Shown: positions 13,401-21,280 of the stretch, piece after piece
Position numbering within the stretch: the first letter of the stretch is position 1
Layout: every line of letters starts with the position of its first letter
Assembly (NCBI GenBank): GCA_019057815.1
Contig: JAHLWR010000004.1
Span: forward strand, 64,001-128,000
Reading direction: 5' to 3'
Length of the DNA: 64,000 nucleotides
Source of the DNA: Candidatus Heimdallarchaeota archaeon
GTDB lineage: Archaea; Asgardarchaeota; Heimdallarchaeia; Heimdallarchaeales; Heimdallarchaeaceae
Made by a program: the position numbers and the translations under genes
The notes under the pieces: generated by a model
Databases searched by the model: none
What the model saw: only the letters and a program-made list of their open reading frames with translations
Told to the model about the DNA's origin: nothing

Positions 13401-15386
13401 TTAGGTGCTGATGTTGCTGGAGCAGGAGTATTAGGAATTGATGTTGCCTTTAATAGTTCTATACCACTCATAGTTGCGTCGCTAACCAACGATACAATAG
13501 TAGCTCTTGATATTAGCTTAAACGTTCTATGGACATTTGCAATGGATACTGTTACATATTCACAAGTTTATGTCAAAGATTTAGACGCAGATAGCTATTC
13601 TGAAATATTCATTCCAGCTTCTGAATGTGTTTTACTACAAATCAATGGTTCTATTCTCTGGAACATTAGTACTCCAATTGTACCAAATCAAGTTGTTTTC
13701 TATGATATAAATGAAGATGGGATACTTGATCTTATAACAACAGGAGGAGAATCATTCACAGGTTCTGCTTACGATGGTGAAACAGGGTTACTTCTGTGGT
13801 CAAGAGGACTCTGGAAATATGTCGGTTTGGAGGTTGCACTAGGCACCGTAGGAGATGATCCTGTATTATACTATCCATATTATGACATAAATGAAGAAGT
13901 AGGTGTATTATGTGTTAATATAGATGGATCATTAAAGTGGGTTTTTGAAACAGGTATTTTTCCAGTTGGGTATGCAGTTGGGGTAGTTGCTACTGAGATC
14001 AATGGACAAAACGGAGTGATTTTCAGCACTTATGGAGATAAAGTGATTGGAGTAACATCAACAGAGTTTATACCTGTAAAACCATCATATGTAAAAATGG
14101 CACCTGTAGAATTTCCAAGCGAGATGGAATATGAGAGAATGTTTTCAGGAATAGGGGAAATAAATCCAGATACAGTTGTTGTAGCTAACTTTAATGGTTT
14201 AGATTATCCAACTCTATTCTATATAGAAAATAACACCCATGCAGTCTGGTGCGATATTCAGACAGGAGAAATATACAGTAAAGAAACGATAATGGACATA
14301 GGAAACATAGTAAAATGTGTCGCAGCTGATCCTGAAGGAAAAGGTTACCCAACATCAGTATACTTCTATACAGATTTATTCTACCTCGGAGTTATACATG
14401 TTACTACAATGGAAGTAGAGACGAACGCTGACTTAGTAGGTAAAACTAATTCAATTCATGAGCTTCTAGCTTATAGTCTAAGTGGTGTTGGTGGAGATAA
14501 TCTAATTATTACAACAATATCAACCACAAACGTGAATTACATCCGTGTCTATAAACCAAATGCTGGAGACCAAGCATGGTTCGACAGTATTGGAGAGGAT
14601 GTAGGAAAGCAGCTGTTAGCAGGCAACTTAAAGGCTACAGAAAATATTCTTGTTGTAGTTTCTGATTCTACCATAATTTTCTACTTAAAAGACGGAACTG
14701 CGGATTATTCGCTATATAGTAATTACTTTGGAAGAGTTGCAATAGGATATACTAAAACTACTGATACTTATAAAACAGTCTTCATACATGAGGGTTTCGA
14801 TATCCAGAATTATAATGTGGAAATCAATACATTCACCAGTTGGGAAGCTAATTTGGAAACTGACGCAGAAATTTTTGATATGGTGATAGGTGAAATGCAA
14901 GGAGATGCATACTATGAAGTCTATGTTACACAATCAGGTACAGGTATAATGGCTTTTGATGTAGATGCCAAATTATTGTGGTCACATACTCATAGTTCAT
15001 TCTTATCAAACAAACTAATCCTTTACAAAGATCCAAATTATGGAGACGCAGTCTTATTAGCCACAGATTATCACAGAGTGTTTATGTACGATTCCCGAGC
15101 TGATATTATAAGGGAAGCAACTGTCGATTTATTCGATCAGATATTGTTTATTGGAACTTCATGTAATGAAACTCTAAAAGATGAAGGTATTTTCGTCTTC
15201 TTAGCAGGCAATACGTTCTATGGTCACAATCTTGAATCTGTACATGGTATCCTAGCTGAATCGATAGATGAATCAACTATAGATTGGGTATCTCTCCGAA
15301 GAATTGGTGTGCCTGCTTTAGTGATGCTTTCAATAACAATTGCAGCAATAGTACTCATTTCAAGAAAGAGTAAAGTCAAAGTATAA
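7440..15386 (+). CDS. Giant membrane-anchored FG-GAP/VCBS beta-propeller repeat protein (2648 aa)
   Basis: Signal peptide; repeated DxDxDGxxE(I/L)(I/V)xG motifs; Asp-box STDFGDTW; PQQ-like 'G.LLW' repeats; C-terminal TM + RKSKVKV. ATGA overlap with the upstream gene. Confidence 0.85.
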   Translation: MKMKSKMSNMQKRAISIFVLILMTFSLFGTIPAFSAANGQYDSTLENLSIDEIRKMLGIPYDEEDMEFQAGDDYYPEDIDLGLFLTDYSNEYYQTYQPWKTKAAVRCIELSDDFKYMVVGGGYLYDNEIHIYRWNTNINQYSKVWNSGDGVIKADVTDVDIADTDHNDFLEIVASSVDGHWYAFEQQHIYDPNTNTENMFQHVYTSPYLGQVWSIEINDTDLDYDPDVICVSWDYKVHVFEYTLHSGYPFSPEHWIEYTEKWTSHNLRAHPTSLAVGDTNYNGLPDFVVGTREGEIFVFENNGTVLDIHGQPWPLCQDNSYKLIYQNNNTIWKPIYSMEIGNLDNNPGDEVVIASFAFNGYILRYDMQEADYYLQKLIKYFEPWTQKDYYPTDDYIDWGISAQNAYLSLDSEALGTTVQEPLNFSTEWYYKGPYPYDTGAAQLNYTTHTYFVANDTHSSWEVYDYGADEGGTGNGNEKEDVVLDFRTGLFDPQINFANFEIQISYDLEHWLTIPETSMSHGSSGLNSRTIEFDVDEVMNEYQWKDFRYINVTVLAGVGTTYKLTYSKLNYVDMRVSTALCASVGTLASSVTGEHDLQALLGTVDGRIVAFIYDETVDEFILSWDSWVDDRFTLGTNIWDLEQVKTLGTMPMIYGWTFLDTTEYVLKPDTQPYPQIRDMMGDDSWIYDYDIGYIDADPSGHGDFVVSTQSGNVYFFDRTFDIDIPNSFNYFNLINSYVNYDGFNLTVSLIDYTTAFGGPELFIGTYDPSISNVYDDWYDDTDTDSPANLHIWNQVGMAYNGPVNLYSIESTGQLEELLKNAQSIPSADGVDMDGDGDMDIVVCIDGLYLLWNIGSHASPEYVLDADYFTDVNAVQGRRKFMKPKFVEFDHDGDYDLTLGYSNRVGATYFDNFGTATNPKWEEKKELLNNLDYEATINVYNLTRPLFVSYLDHSIWSTLQMNLLYGEDFTDKYALFYMFDVFTNDVHFFYINYDTQTSYMVATYPLISRLEINSFRSETVFEIYTSRNFGFRAIESWSTALELLEWTMTVETADLDEDGSGEIIVGDYDNNIYIFEHMLNNTYKRAFRSPDVVQYYATDETPYAWDQFGGYTGEFNQTIWNHVSHILVDVDLDGDGYLELVALAGTVFYIFEVVYDDFSGKIIDDTYQLVHRFDCLRSDEGPYMIEAGLIDPVGLTWAKDLDHDGYSEILVAFESQLFVYEPYSGEFYEVFGQVDTPTGHYNLAGNSRAYPDMTIAGILVADTNQNGWEEIIIYGEVDDATVPYDMGYVAIIETNIHGYQIIWQAPVDVVASNKIYTVEIADQDYDGQLEVIIGGEKGISIWEYQGDADGDLYVQINVITGHMNYPIMPSNSLFGENSFYGIDNQIRQRSHDVIQYVYGTSNHSYIAVWTEWYNPWSIYVIYQAMSPDGQNWLYKTMLPIASVNDQLLPSLTQTTNGDLYLIWTVFRFSGASGNRYGIPCLKSTDFGDTWTSEGFLNETELLGPNPYRSPTVFAHDNDGIGYSFVFKNSTHSIPYYGWHFSNGTNIVPQPIEGLKEFNVNGIDIVGHPNNSPSQGFTFAGAMSANRPGENKDDYDIWFFETDISFNLTIESRKLVESPAVEHTPSIAYILTGTNPLLISYDAAGYKQAMPTAYGLVSSDYFEWSEPDILNVYPDYLERNPITGAMYFKYQPSWSLNSHGFRAPKVTATYDGKFVVLTKLDIKGVTIVGAAYWEDFLFQEYSLTITDFTAFGKATDIAVGDTDGDGLNEILAADGPYARLFEIFETTIMNTRYQFKWKSQEYQNPVSDVSIYDTNGNGFPEIIFSVQGEDVYVFEVLDLSKPIVDLQVPIQIYKTLESNTAVYLTTTPIDLNDDGITDYVCGMDDNMLHGILGNNGTVLWSTDIGSTTRFTFEGLYNYNSQIIVLDDNNDILWINKRTGIIIDTITTGDSYVGEATIYDINGDGYGDIISKDSSSNEIRIYSGVDGDILELGADVAGAGVLGIDVAFNSSIPLIVASLTNDTIVALDISLNVLWTFAMDTVTYSQVYVKDLDADSYSEIFIPASECVLLQINGSILWNISTPIVPNQVVFYDINEDGILDLITTGGESFTGSAYDGETGLLLWSRGLWKYVGLEVALGTVGDDPVLYYPYYDINEEVGVLCVNIDGSLKWVFETGIFPVGYAVGVVATEINGQNGVIFSTYGDKVIGVTSTEFIPVKPSYVKMAPVEFPSEMEYERMFSGIGEINPDTVVVANFNGLDYPTLFYIENNTHAVWCDIQTGEIYSKETIMDIGNIVKCVAADPEGKGYPTSVYFYTDLFYLGVIHVTTMEVETNADLVGKTNSIHELLAYSLSGVGGDNLIITTISTTNVNYIRVYKPNAGDQAWFDSIGEDVGKQLLAGNLKATENILVVVSDSTIIFYLKDGTADYSLYSNYFGRVAIGYTKTTDTYKTVFIHEGFDIQNYNVEINTFTSWEANLETDAEIFDMVIGEMQGDAYYEVYVTQSGTGIMAFDVDAKLLWSHTHSSFLSNKLILYKDPNYGDAVLLATDYHRVFMYDSRADIIREATVDLFDQILFIGTSCNETLKDEGIFVFLAGNTFYGHNLESVHGILAESIDESTIDWVSLRRIGVPALVMLSITIAAIVLISRKSKVKV

Positions 15387-15558
15387 TCTTCTCTTTCTAC
15401 CTATTTTTCTTTTTTATTAGCTTAAACTACAACCAACCTTTGAATATCATTTTCAATTATTTGAATATTCAAGACTTTTATTGAAAGTTCTTTCTCAATG
15501 TTTGTTTAAAACTTTCATAATCTTTATCAATTTCAAAAAACATTTCATCCAGAAACAT

Positions 15559-15924
15559 ATGAAAACAATTAAACAACTGGTTTTCGATATTACGCAAAGC
15601 CGTAGAATAAAAAACTATGCTGAAAGACTGAAAATCGAACCGACTTCAGTTCTACCTCAAATTCAATCAGTAATGGAAATTATATATCAAGCTTGGTTCA
15701 AAAATTATGGCAAAAACAGAGAAATAAGTTTTAATGATTACTTTATATCAATGATGAAATATGCAGAATATTCCCATAGACTAACGCAAAGGCATGAGGA
15801 GATGAAGAAAGTTGCTAATCATGTTGAAATACTAAGACTAGCAATCGTTGAATATGATATTGATTATAACGACATTATAACAATAGAAAATATAGCTAAA
15901 TCAAATCAGGAGGGAAGTGAATGA
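15559..15924 (+). CDS. Hypothetical helical protein
   Basis: ORF track 15481-15924; ATG 15559 (MKTIKQ) is the more plausible start. ATGA overlap with the next ORF. Confidence 0.65.
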   Translation: MKTIKQLVFDITQSRRIKNYAERLKIEPTSVLPQIQSVMEIIYQAWFKNYGKNREISFNDYFISMMKYAEYSHRLTQRHEEMKKVANHVEILRLAIVEYDIDYNDIITIENIAKSNQEGSE

Positions 15925-16370
15925 AAATAAAAACAACTATGTTTAAAGTAAAATTCAAAAATAAAATCCCTTGTGACGATGAGTTTAAACTGGGGAGTGA
16001 TCTTGCTTATTATCTCCCTTTCTTAGCTGAATTAACAGAGGAAGTTATGAATTGGGATCTGAGCGATATAAAAGAACATACAAGGCAAAGTAAAGAAGAA
16101 TTTGATCCTTTAAGTAAGGAGTATTCTAATTTATTCAAAGAATATGCACAAATCAAGCTTAGAGCTAACGAGCTGTATTATAGAAACCGCGTAGTAGCAC
16201 TGACAATGGGACTTTTAAGGCAAAAATTAATGCAACTAAAGAGTTCAAATGTAGTTTTACCTCTAGACTATGATAAAGCAATAGAGAAAGTTGAATATTT
16301 CATTTATCGTTATATTACAAAGAAACAAGATGATAGGCTCGTAGAACAGGTTGTTTTTGATGAACGATGA
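15921..16370 (+). CDS. Hypothetical coiled-coil protein
   Basis: 149-aa ORF preceded by a GGAGG SD-like sequence and translationally coupled to the upstream ORF. Confidence 0.7.
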   Translation: MKIKTTMFKVKFKNKIPCDDEFKLGSDLAYYLPFLAELTEEVMNWDLSDIKEHTRQSKEEFDPLSKEYSNLFKEYAQIKLRANELYYRNRVVALTMGLLRQKLMQLKSSNVVLPLDYDKAIEKVEYFIYRYITKKQDDRLVEQVVFDER

Positions 16371-16458
16371 TATTATCGCAAATGATTATAAGTGTTCTAA
16401 AAACTGTTGTTTATAAAGCATAATATAACATGATTTTATCATCTTGGTAGGTCAAATT

Positions 16459-18318
16459 ATGAAAAGGCAAGCAAAACGATCTAAAATTTCAATTAGAAGA
16501 GTTTTATGTGTTTTAATGTTAATTGTTGGAATAAGTACGTTCTCTAGTATGAGAGCAAATGCTACAACTGTCTCTTATGACCTACCATCTTACTCCTCAC
16601 TTACCCCACATGATTCTATATCCATTACTTCTGATATTGATTTTGGGGTTTTTCCTGGTTTAGGAACGGAAGAAGATCCTTATGTTATTGAGGGATATAA
16701 CATTACAACAACGAGTACAAACGGCATTATAACAGCGAGTACAAAGGGTATTTATATTACTGATACAACAAAATATTTCATTATTCGTAATTGCCTAGTA
16801 GATGCAGACTATGGCATTTATATTGATGATGTAGCTGATGGTACAACAACTGTCATCAACAACACGTGCAGCAATAACAACTATGGTATCTCTCTTTTCT
16901 ATTCTGGTAATTCTACTGTTGCCAACAACACTTGTAGCAACAATAACAACTTAGGCATCTGGCTTTGGTATTCTGGCAGTTCTACTGTTGCCAACAACAT
17001 GTGCAACAACAATGGCCATGGCATCTATCTTTTGGATTCTGGCTGTTCTACTGTTACCAATAACACCTGCAGCAACAACGGCTGGGGTATCTCTTTTAGG
17101 TTTTCTAATAGTTCTACTGTTGCTAACAACATGTGCAACAACAATGACTATGACGGCATCGAGCTTGAGGATTCTAGCAGTTCGACAGTGGCAAACAACA
17201 CATGTAACAACAACTACTGGGGCATCTCCCTTTCCTCTTCTGGGAGTTCTACTGTTGCCAACAACACTTTTACTGATTGTGGTTTATGTATAAATGAAAA
17301 TACCCTTGATGCTTACCTCTCATATACTTTGGAGAATAATTGGGTGAATGGGAAAAAACTAGGTTTTTACACTAACCTTGACTCTACGATAATTGATGAA
17401 CCAGTTTATGGTCAATTAATCTTAGTCAATTGTACTAATGTGATAGTACGTGACCAAATATTAAATAGCGCTACAGCTGGTCTATCTCTCTACTCCTGTA
17501 CATATTCAGTTGTTATTAACAACACATGCAGTAACAATGACGATGATGGCATCAATCTTCGATATTCTGGCAGTTCGACTATTGTTAACAACACGTGCAA
17601 CAGCAACTGGGTAGGCATCGCGCTTGAGTATTCTGGCAGTTCTGCTGTTGAAAACAACACATGCACAAGCAACAAAATGGGTATCTCACTTTACCATTCT
17701 TGGAGTTCTACTGCTACTAAAAACACATGCAACAATAACTGGGAAGGCATCTCACTTTCCTCTTCTAGTAGTGCTACAGTGACCAACAACACATGCAACA
17801 ACAATATTAAATGTGGCATCCATCTTTCCTCTTCTGATAGTTCTACTATTGCCAACAACACGTGTAGCAATAACAACTATGGCATCATACTTTATGGTTC
17901 TGGTTTTTGTGTCGTTACTTACAATCTTCTACAAGGAAATGAAGTATATGGAATATACTTACATGATATCTATTTAGGGTACTACTATGTAGGATACCAT
18001 TATATTTATTCTGATAATAATCTTATTCACCATAATAACTTTGTAGACAACAATCTAGGAGGAACTTCCCAAGCTTATGATTCTGGATCTAACAACTTCT
18101 GGTATGATACTGTAACACAAGAGGGCAACTACTGGTCCGATTGGTCAGGAACTGGTAATTATTCTATTGATGGTGATGAAAGTTCAATCGATCTTTACCC
18201 TCTTGATGAACCTGTTGAATATTCTACAGATGAAACTCAAATATTATTCACGCTTACTCTGCTAATAGTAGTAGTTCCTTTGATACTCATAAAATTATTC
18301 TCTCGAAAAAGACGATAA
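16459..18318 (+). CDS. Right-handed parallel beta-helix (NosD/CASH-like) surface protein
   Basis: Signal peptide, GxGTxEDPYVIEG motif, tandem 22-23 aa STVANNTCxNN repeats, GNYWSDW motif, C-terminal TM + RKRR. Start moved to ATG 16459 by paralog comparison. Confidence 0.9.
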   Translation: MKRQAKRSKISIRRVLCVLMLIVGISTFSSMRANATTVSYDLPSYSSLTPHDSISITSDIDFGVFPGLGTEEDPYVIEGYNITTTSTNGIITASTKGIYITDTTKYFIIRNCLVDADYGIYIDDVADGTTTVINNTCSNNNYGISLFYSGNSTVANNTCSNNNNLGIWLWYSGSSTVANNMCNNNGHGIYLLDSGCSTVTNNTCSNNGWGISFRFSNSSTVANNMCNNNDYDGIELEDSSSSTVANNTCNNNYWGISLSSSGSSTVANNTFTDCGLCINENTLDAYLSYTLENNWVNGKKLGFYTNLDSTIIDEPVYGQLILVNCTNVIVRDQILNSATAGLSLYSCTYSVVINNTCSNNDDDGINLRYSGSSTIVNNTCNSNWVGIALEYSGSSAVENNTCTSNKMGISLYHSWSSTATKNTCNNNWEGISLSSSSSATVTNNTCNNNIKCGIHLSSSDSSTIANNTCSNNNYGIILYGSGFCVVTYNLLQGNEVYGIYLHDIYLGYYYVGYHYIYSDNNLIHHNNFVDNNLGGTSQAYDSGSNNFWYDTVTQEGNYWSDWSGTGNYSIDGDESSIDLYPLDEPVEYSTDETQILFTLTLLIVVVPLILIKLFSRKRR

Positions 18319-18549
18319 GAAGATTAAACGATAGTTCTTTCTTCTTTTTTTTCGCTTATATATTTTTAACCACAATGGTTTTGTTTTCAAAATCAATTCT
18401 ATCTTTTTGAATGCAGAAAAATTTTCGTAATAATCAAATAACGATTTATCTAAGAATAAATTTATCAAAGAAGATCTGAAGGGCTCTTGAAGCGAAAGAT
18501 TGCTGTATAATAAAAGTGTAAAAAAAATAAGACTATAGGAGTATTACGT

Positions 18550-18585
18550 ACCTTTTAGTAAAGGTCACCACCTTCTTAACAAGGT
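18550..18585. promoter_or_regulatory. Two tandem ACCTT-N6-AAGGT palindromes; putative recombinase binding/res-like site
   Basis: ACCTTTTAGTAAAGGT (18550-18565) and ACCTTCTTAACAAGGT (18570-18585), 20 bp apart, directly before the recombinase ATG. Confidence 0.5.
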
Positions 18586-18592
18586 AACTTAA

Positions 18593-19315
18593 ATGAAACG
18601 TTGTATTATTTATGCACGAACCTCTACTGCTGATCAAGAATCAGGTTTGGAAACTCAAATCGATGATGTAACGTCAAAAATATATCAAGCAGGCGAAAGG
18701 GAGATTGTTAAAATCATAAAAGATGAAGATTGCCCAGGAGACAGTGATCCTGAATATAGAGCGGGTTTTAAGGAAATTCTTATTATGGCCTCAGAAGGAC
18801 AATTTGAAGAGATATGGAGTCAATCTAGAGATAGATTATCTAGAGATGTAGACATTCTTGGATATATTCGAGTTATATTAAAGAAAAAAGATATTTCAAT
18901 AGTTTGTTTAGATGATGAAGATAATAAAACCATAACTCGTATTAAAGACCTTTTTGGAGAGATGGAGCTAGAGAAGTATAGAGAAAAAAGATACAAGGGA
19001 ATGATGAGACGAATAAACGAGAAAAAAGTTATGTCAAGACCTCCTTTCGGCTATGCAGTGGGAGATAGTGGTTCACTATTAGTTGACGAAAGTAAAAGAG
19101 GGATAATTAGACGTCTTTTTAGTGAATTTGATAACCCTTTTGCTTCACTGAAAACCCTCAGTATCAAATATAACATTCCTGTTTCAACTTTAAGGAATAT
19201 TCGTTCAAATGAAGTCTACAGAACTGGAGCTGTTCGATGGGCTGGAAAGATAGCATATTACATCGAGCCAATTGTCCCAGAAAATACAGATCAGATGTTG
19301 TATGTAAAAGATTAG
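18593..19315 (+). CDS. Serine recombinase (resolvase catalytic domain plus short recombinase/HTH domain)
   Basis: YARTSTADQ catalytic Ser motif, RAGF, DRLSRD, PPFGY. Confidence 0.92.
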   Translation: MKRCIIYARTSTADQESGLETQIDDVTSKIYQAGEREIVKIIKDEDCPGDSDPEYRAGFKEILIMASEGQFEEIWSQSRDRLSRDVDILGYIRVILKKKDISIVCLDDEDNKTITRIKDLFGEMELEKYREKRYKGMMRRINEKKVMSRPPFGYAVGDSGSLLVDESKRGIIRRLFSEFDNPFASLKTLSIKYNIPVSTLRNIRSNEVYRTGAVRWAGKIAYYIEPIVPENTDQMLYVKD

Positions 19316-19364
19316 TTCTGTTGTACATTCTCTTTCTTTTTCTTTATTCATGCAGCTTAAGGAT

Positions 19365-20246
19365 TTAATCTTTTTTAATCTGTAATTTAACATTAGGAAT
19401 GCTGGTACTATATCCAAATTCTGTTAAATATCCAGTTATCAAACTTCCAGGAATCATCTCGAAATATGGATTAAGTATATCTAAATTATCTGGTATTTCG
19501 TGTTTCCAAATCTCTTTTTGGGGATAATCTATAGTATTGAACTTTGAGGTTTGTTGAAGTAGTTTTAGTGTTGAACTGACTACAACAACAGGAATTTTAA
19601 ATTTTCTAGCTAGCAGAGCAAGTGCATATGATCCTACTTTGTTGACAATATTACCATTAGGAAACAAAGTATCTGCACCAATCAATATGTAATCTGGTTT
19701 GAATTTCTTGATTGCAACGGTCATTGCTGCGTCGATAAGGTAATGCACCTTATATCCACTCTTACTTGTTTCTAGAGCTAGTTTTTCTCCTTCTTTGGTT
19801 GGTCGAGATTCAAAAATAACCAACTCAGGTAAGTTATTGTACCCCTTTCTGAGTAATTCTCTCAAACCTTTTCGGATTGTGCTAGATCTGGAAAATGTCA
19901 TAATCATTTTCACTTTTTGTAGGTACAAAACTAGTTCTCTAGTAAGATTTTCAGATTCTTGATCTATTCTAGATAAAACTTTATCAGATAATTCTTTTAT
20001 TGGAACTCCTTTTTGATAGAAATCAACAAAATAGATCCAAATATTTCTTAAAGGAGCCATTTCAGACTTCAATGAAGAAACTAGCTTGAAGAGTTCAAAC
20101 AAGTCATTTATATTTTTATAATATTCCGTATTCTCTTCTAATTCCTCTTTTATTAGAAATATAGCTTTCTTGAGAATCTCCGCTGCACCACTAATATTAT
20201 CTCTTTTAAGCTCAGCGATTCTTGTTCTGAATTTTGAGGAACTCAC
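19365..20246 (-). CDS. eIF-2B alpha/beta/delta family protein (R15P isomerase/MtnA-like)
   Basis: SGAAE, T(F)SRSST, ESRP..EG, GAD, NKVGS and NPYFE motifs. Confidence 0.88.
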   Translation of the reverse strand: MSSSKFRTRIAELKRDNISGAAEILKKAIFLIKEELEENTEYYKNINDLFELFKLVSSLKSEMAPLRNIWIYFVDFYQKGVPIKELSDKVLSRIDQESENLTRELVLYLQKVKMIMTFSRSSTIRKGLRELLRKGYNNLPELVIFESRPTKEGEKLALETSKSGYKVHYLIDAAMTVAIKKFKPDYILIGADTLFPNGNIVNKVGSYALALLARKFKIPVVVVSSTLKLLQQTSKFNTIDYPQKEIWKHEIPDNLDILNPYFEMIPGSLITGYLTEFGYSTSIPNVKLQIKKD

Positions 20247-20371
20247 TATTTAGATATATAATTTTGTACTTATAAAGTTGTTTTTCAGAACTTGGGAATA
20301 ATATCTTGAAATAAAACCAATATCTATCCAATAGAAAAAAATCTAAAAAGACATTCTTTATTCTCATTCTA

Positions 20372-21280
20372 ATGGGTAGCATTTGGTTTACTTTTTCAAT
20401 ATTATCTGGGTTGTTGTCTTTTGCATCTTATAATATAGGCTTTGCTTTGGAGAAAAAAGCTGTAAAAAACCTTTCAGAAGAAATTAAATCTAATACACTA
20501 CTCATGTACAGAACATTAATCACTAACCATTTATGGTTAACTGGGTTGTTGCTTACTATAGTCAGCATTTTCTTATACTTTATCGCATTACTTTGGGCAC
20601 CTTTAAGCGCTATTGCTCCTCTTTCAGGATTTGGTCTCATAGTTTTGGTAATATACGCCCATTTAGACCTTAAGGAATCACTGAAGAAATTGGAAATTGT
20701 AGCAATATTTCTGATAGTAATTGGAATAAGTGTATCTTCATATCTTATAAGCAAAGATACAGCTGGTGTTAATTGGGAAGAATGGAAAGTGATTATTATA
20801 TCCATTCCTAGTCTAATCGTTTTGGTTGCAAGTGTTTTTGTAAGTTTGGTTTTTGCAATACATACATTTCTAAAAAAGAAGTATTATGCGTCACTTTCTT
20901 TTGCACTATTTGCAGGAGTAGCTTCAGGATTACAATCAGTATTTATCAAAGGAACTTCCATCTGGTTCTCTGAAGATGATTGGAAATTGAACGGTGGTAA
21001 TGTTACATTGCACTTCTTTCTTATTCTTCTGACAGCTTTAATATCAACAGGAGTCTTACAAATAGCTTTTAGAAAAGGAAAAATATCAAACATTATGGCA
21101 CTCTATAATGGTGTTATGACGATTCTCCCAATCACTTTCGGTGGATTGGTTTTGAAGGAGTGGCTACATTTGGATGGTGTAGGACAGTTTTTTCTGTTTT
21201 TTGCAATCTTCTTAACAATTATAGGCATTATAATATTAAGTTTCAAACATCATCAATATCATTCTGATAATAATCGGTAA
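20372..21280 (+). CDS. DMT-superfamily (NIPA/EamA-like) membrane transporter
   Basis: About 9 TM helices; ALLWAPLSAIAPL motif typical of NIPA-like DMT proteins. Confidence 0.75.
   Translation: MGSIWFTFSILSGLLSFASYNIGFALEKKAVKNLSEEIKSNTLLMYRTLITNHLWLTGLLLTIVSIFLYFIALLWAPLSAIAPLSGFGLIVLVIYAHLDLKESLKKLEIVAIFLIVIGISVSSYLISKDTAGVNWEEWKVIIISIPSLIVLVASVFVSLVFAIHTFLKKKYYASLSFALFAGVASGLQSVFIKGTSIWFSEDDWKLNGGNVTLHFFLILLTALISTGVLQIAFRKGKISNIMALYNGVMTILPITFGGLVLKEWLHLDGVGQFFLFFAIFLTIIGIIILSFKHHQYHSDNNR

Noticed and set aside
18593-19315. IS607-type TnpA serving the tnpB elements
   Set aside because: It lacks the N-terminal MerR-like HTH of IS607 TnpA and is not adjacent to tnpB. The elements have hairpin/TAM ends typical of Y1 transposases.
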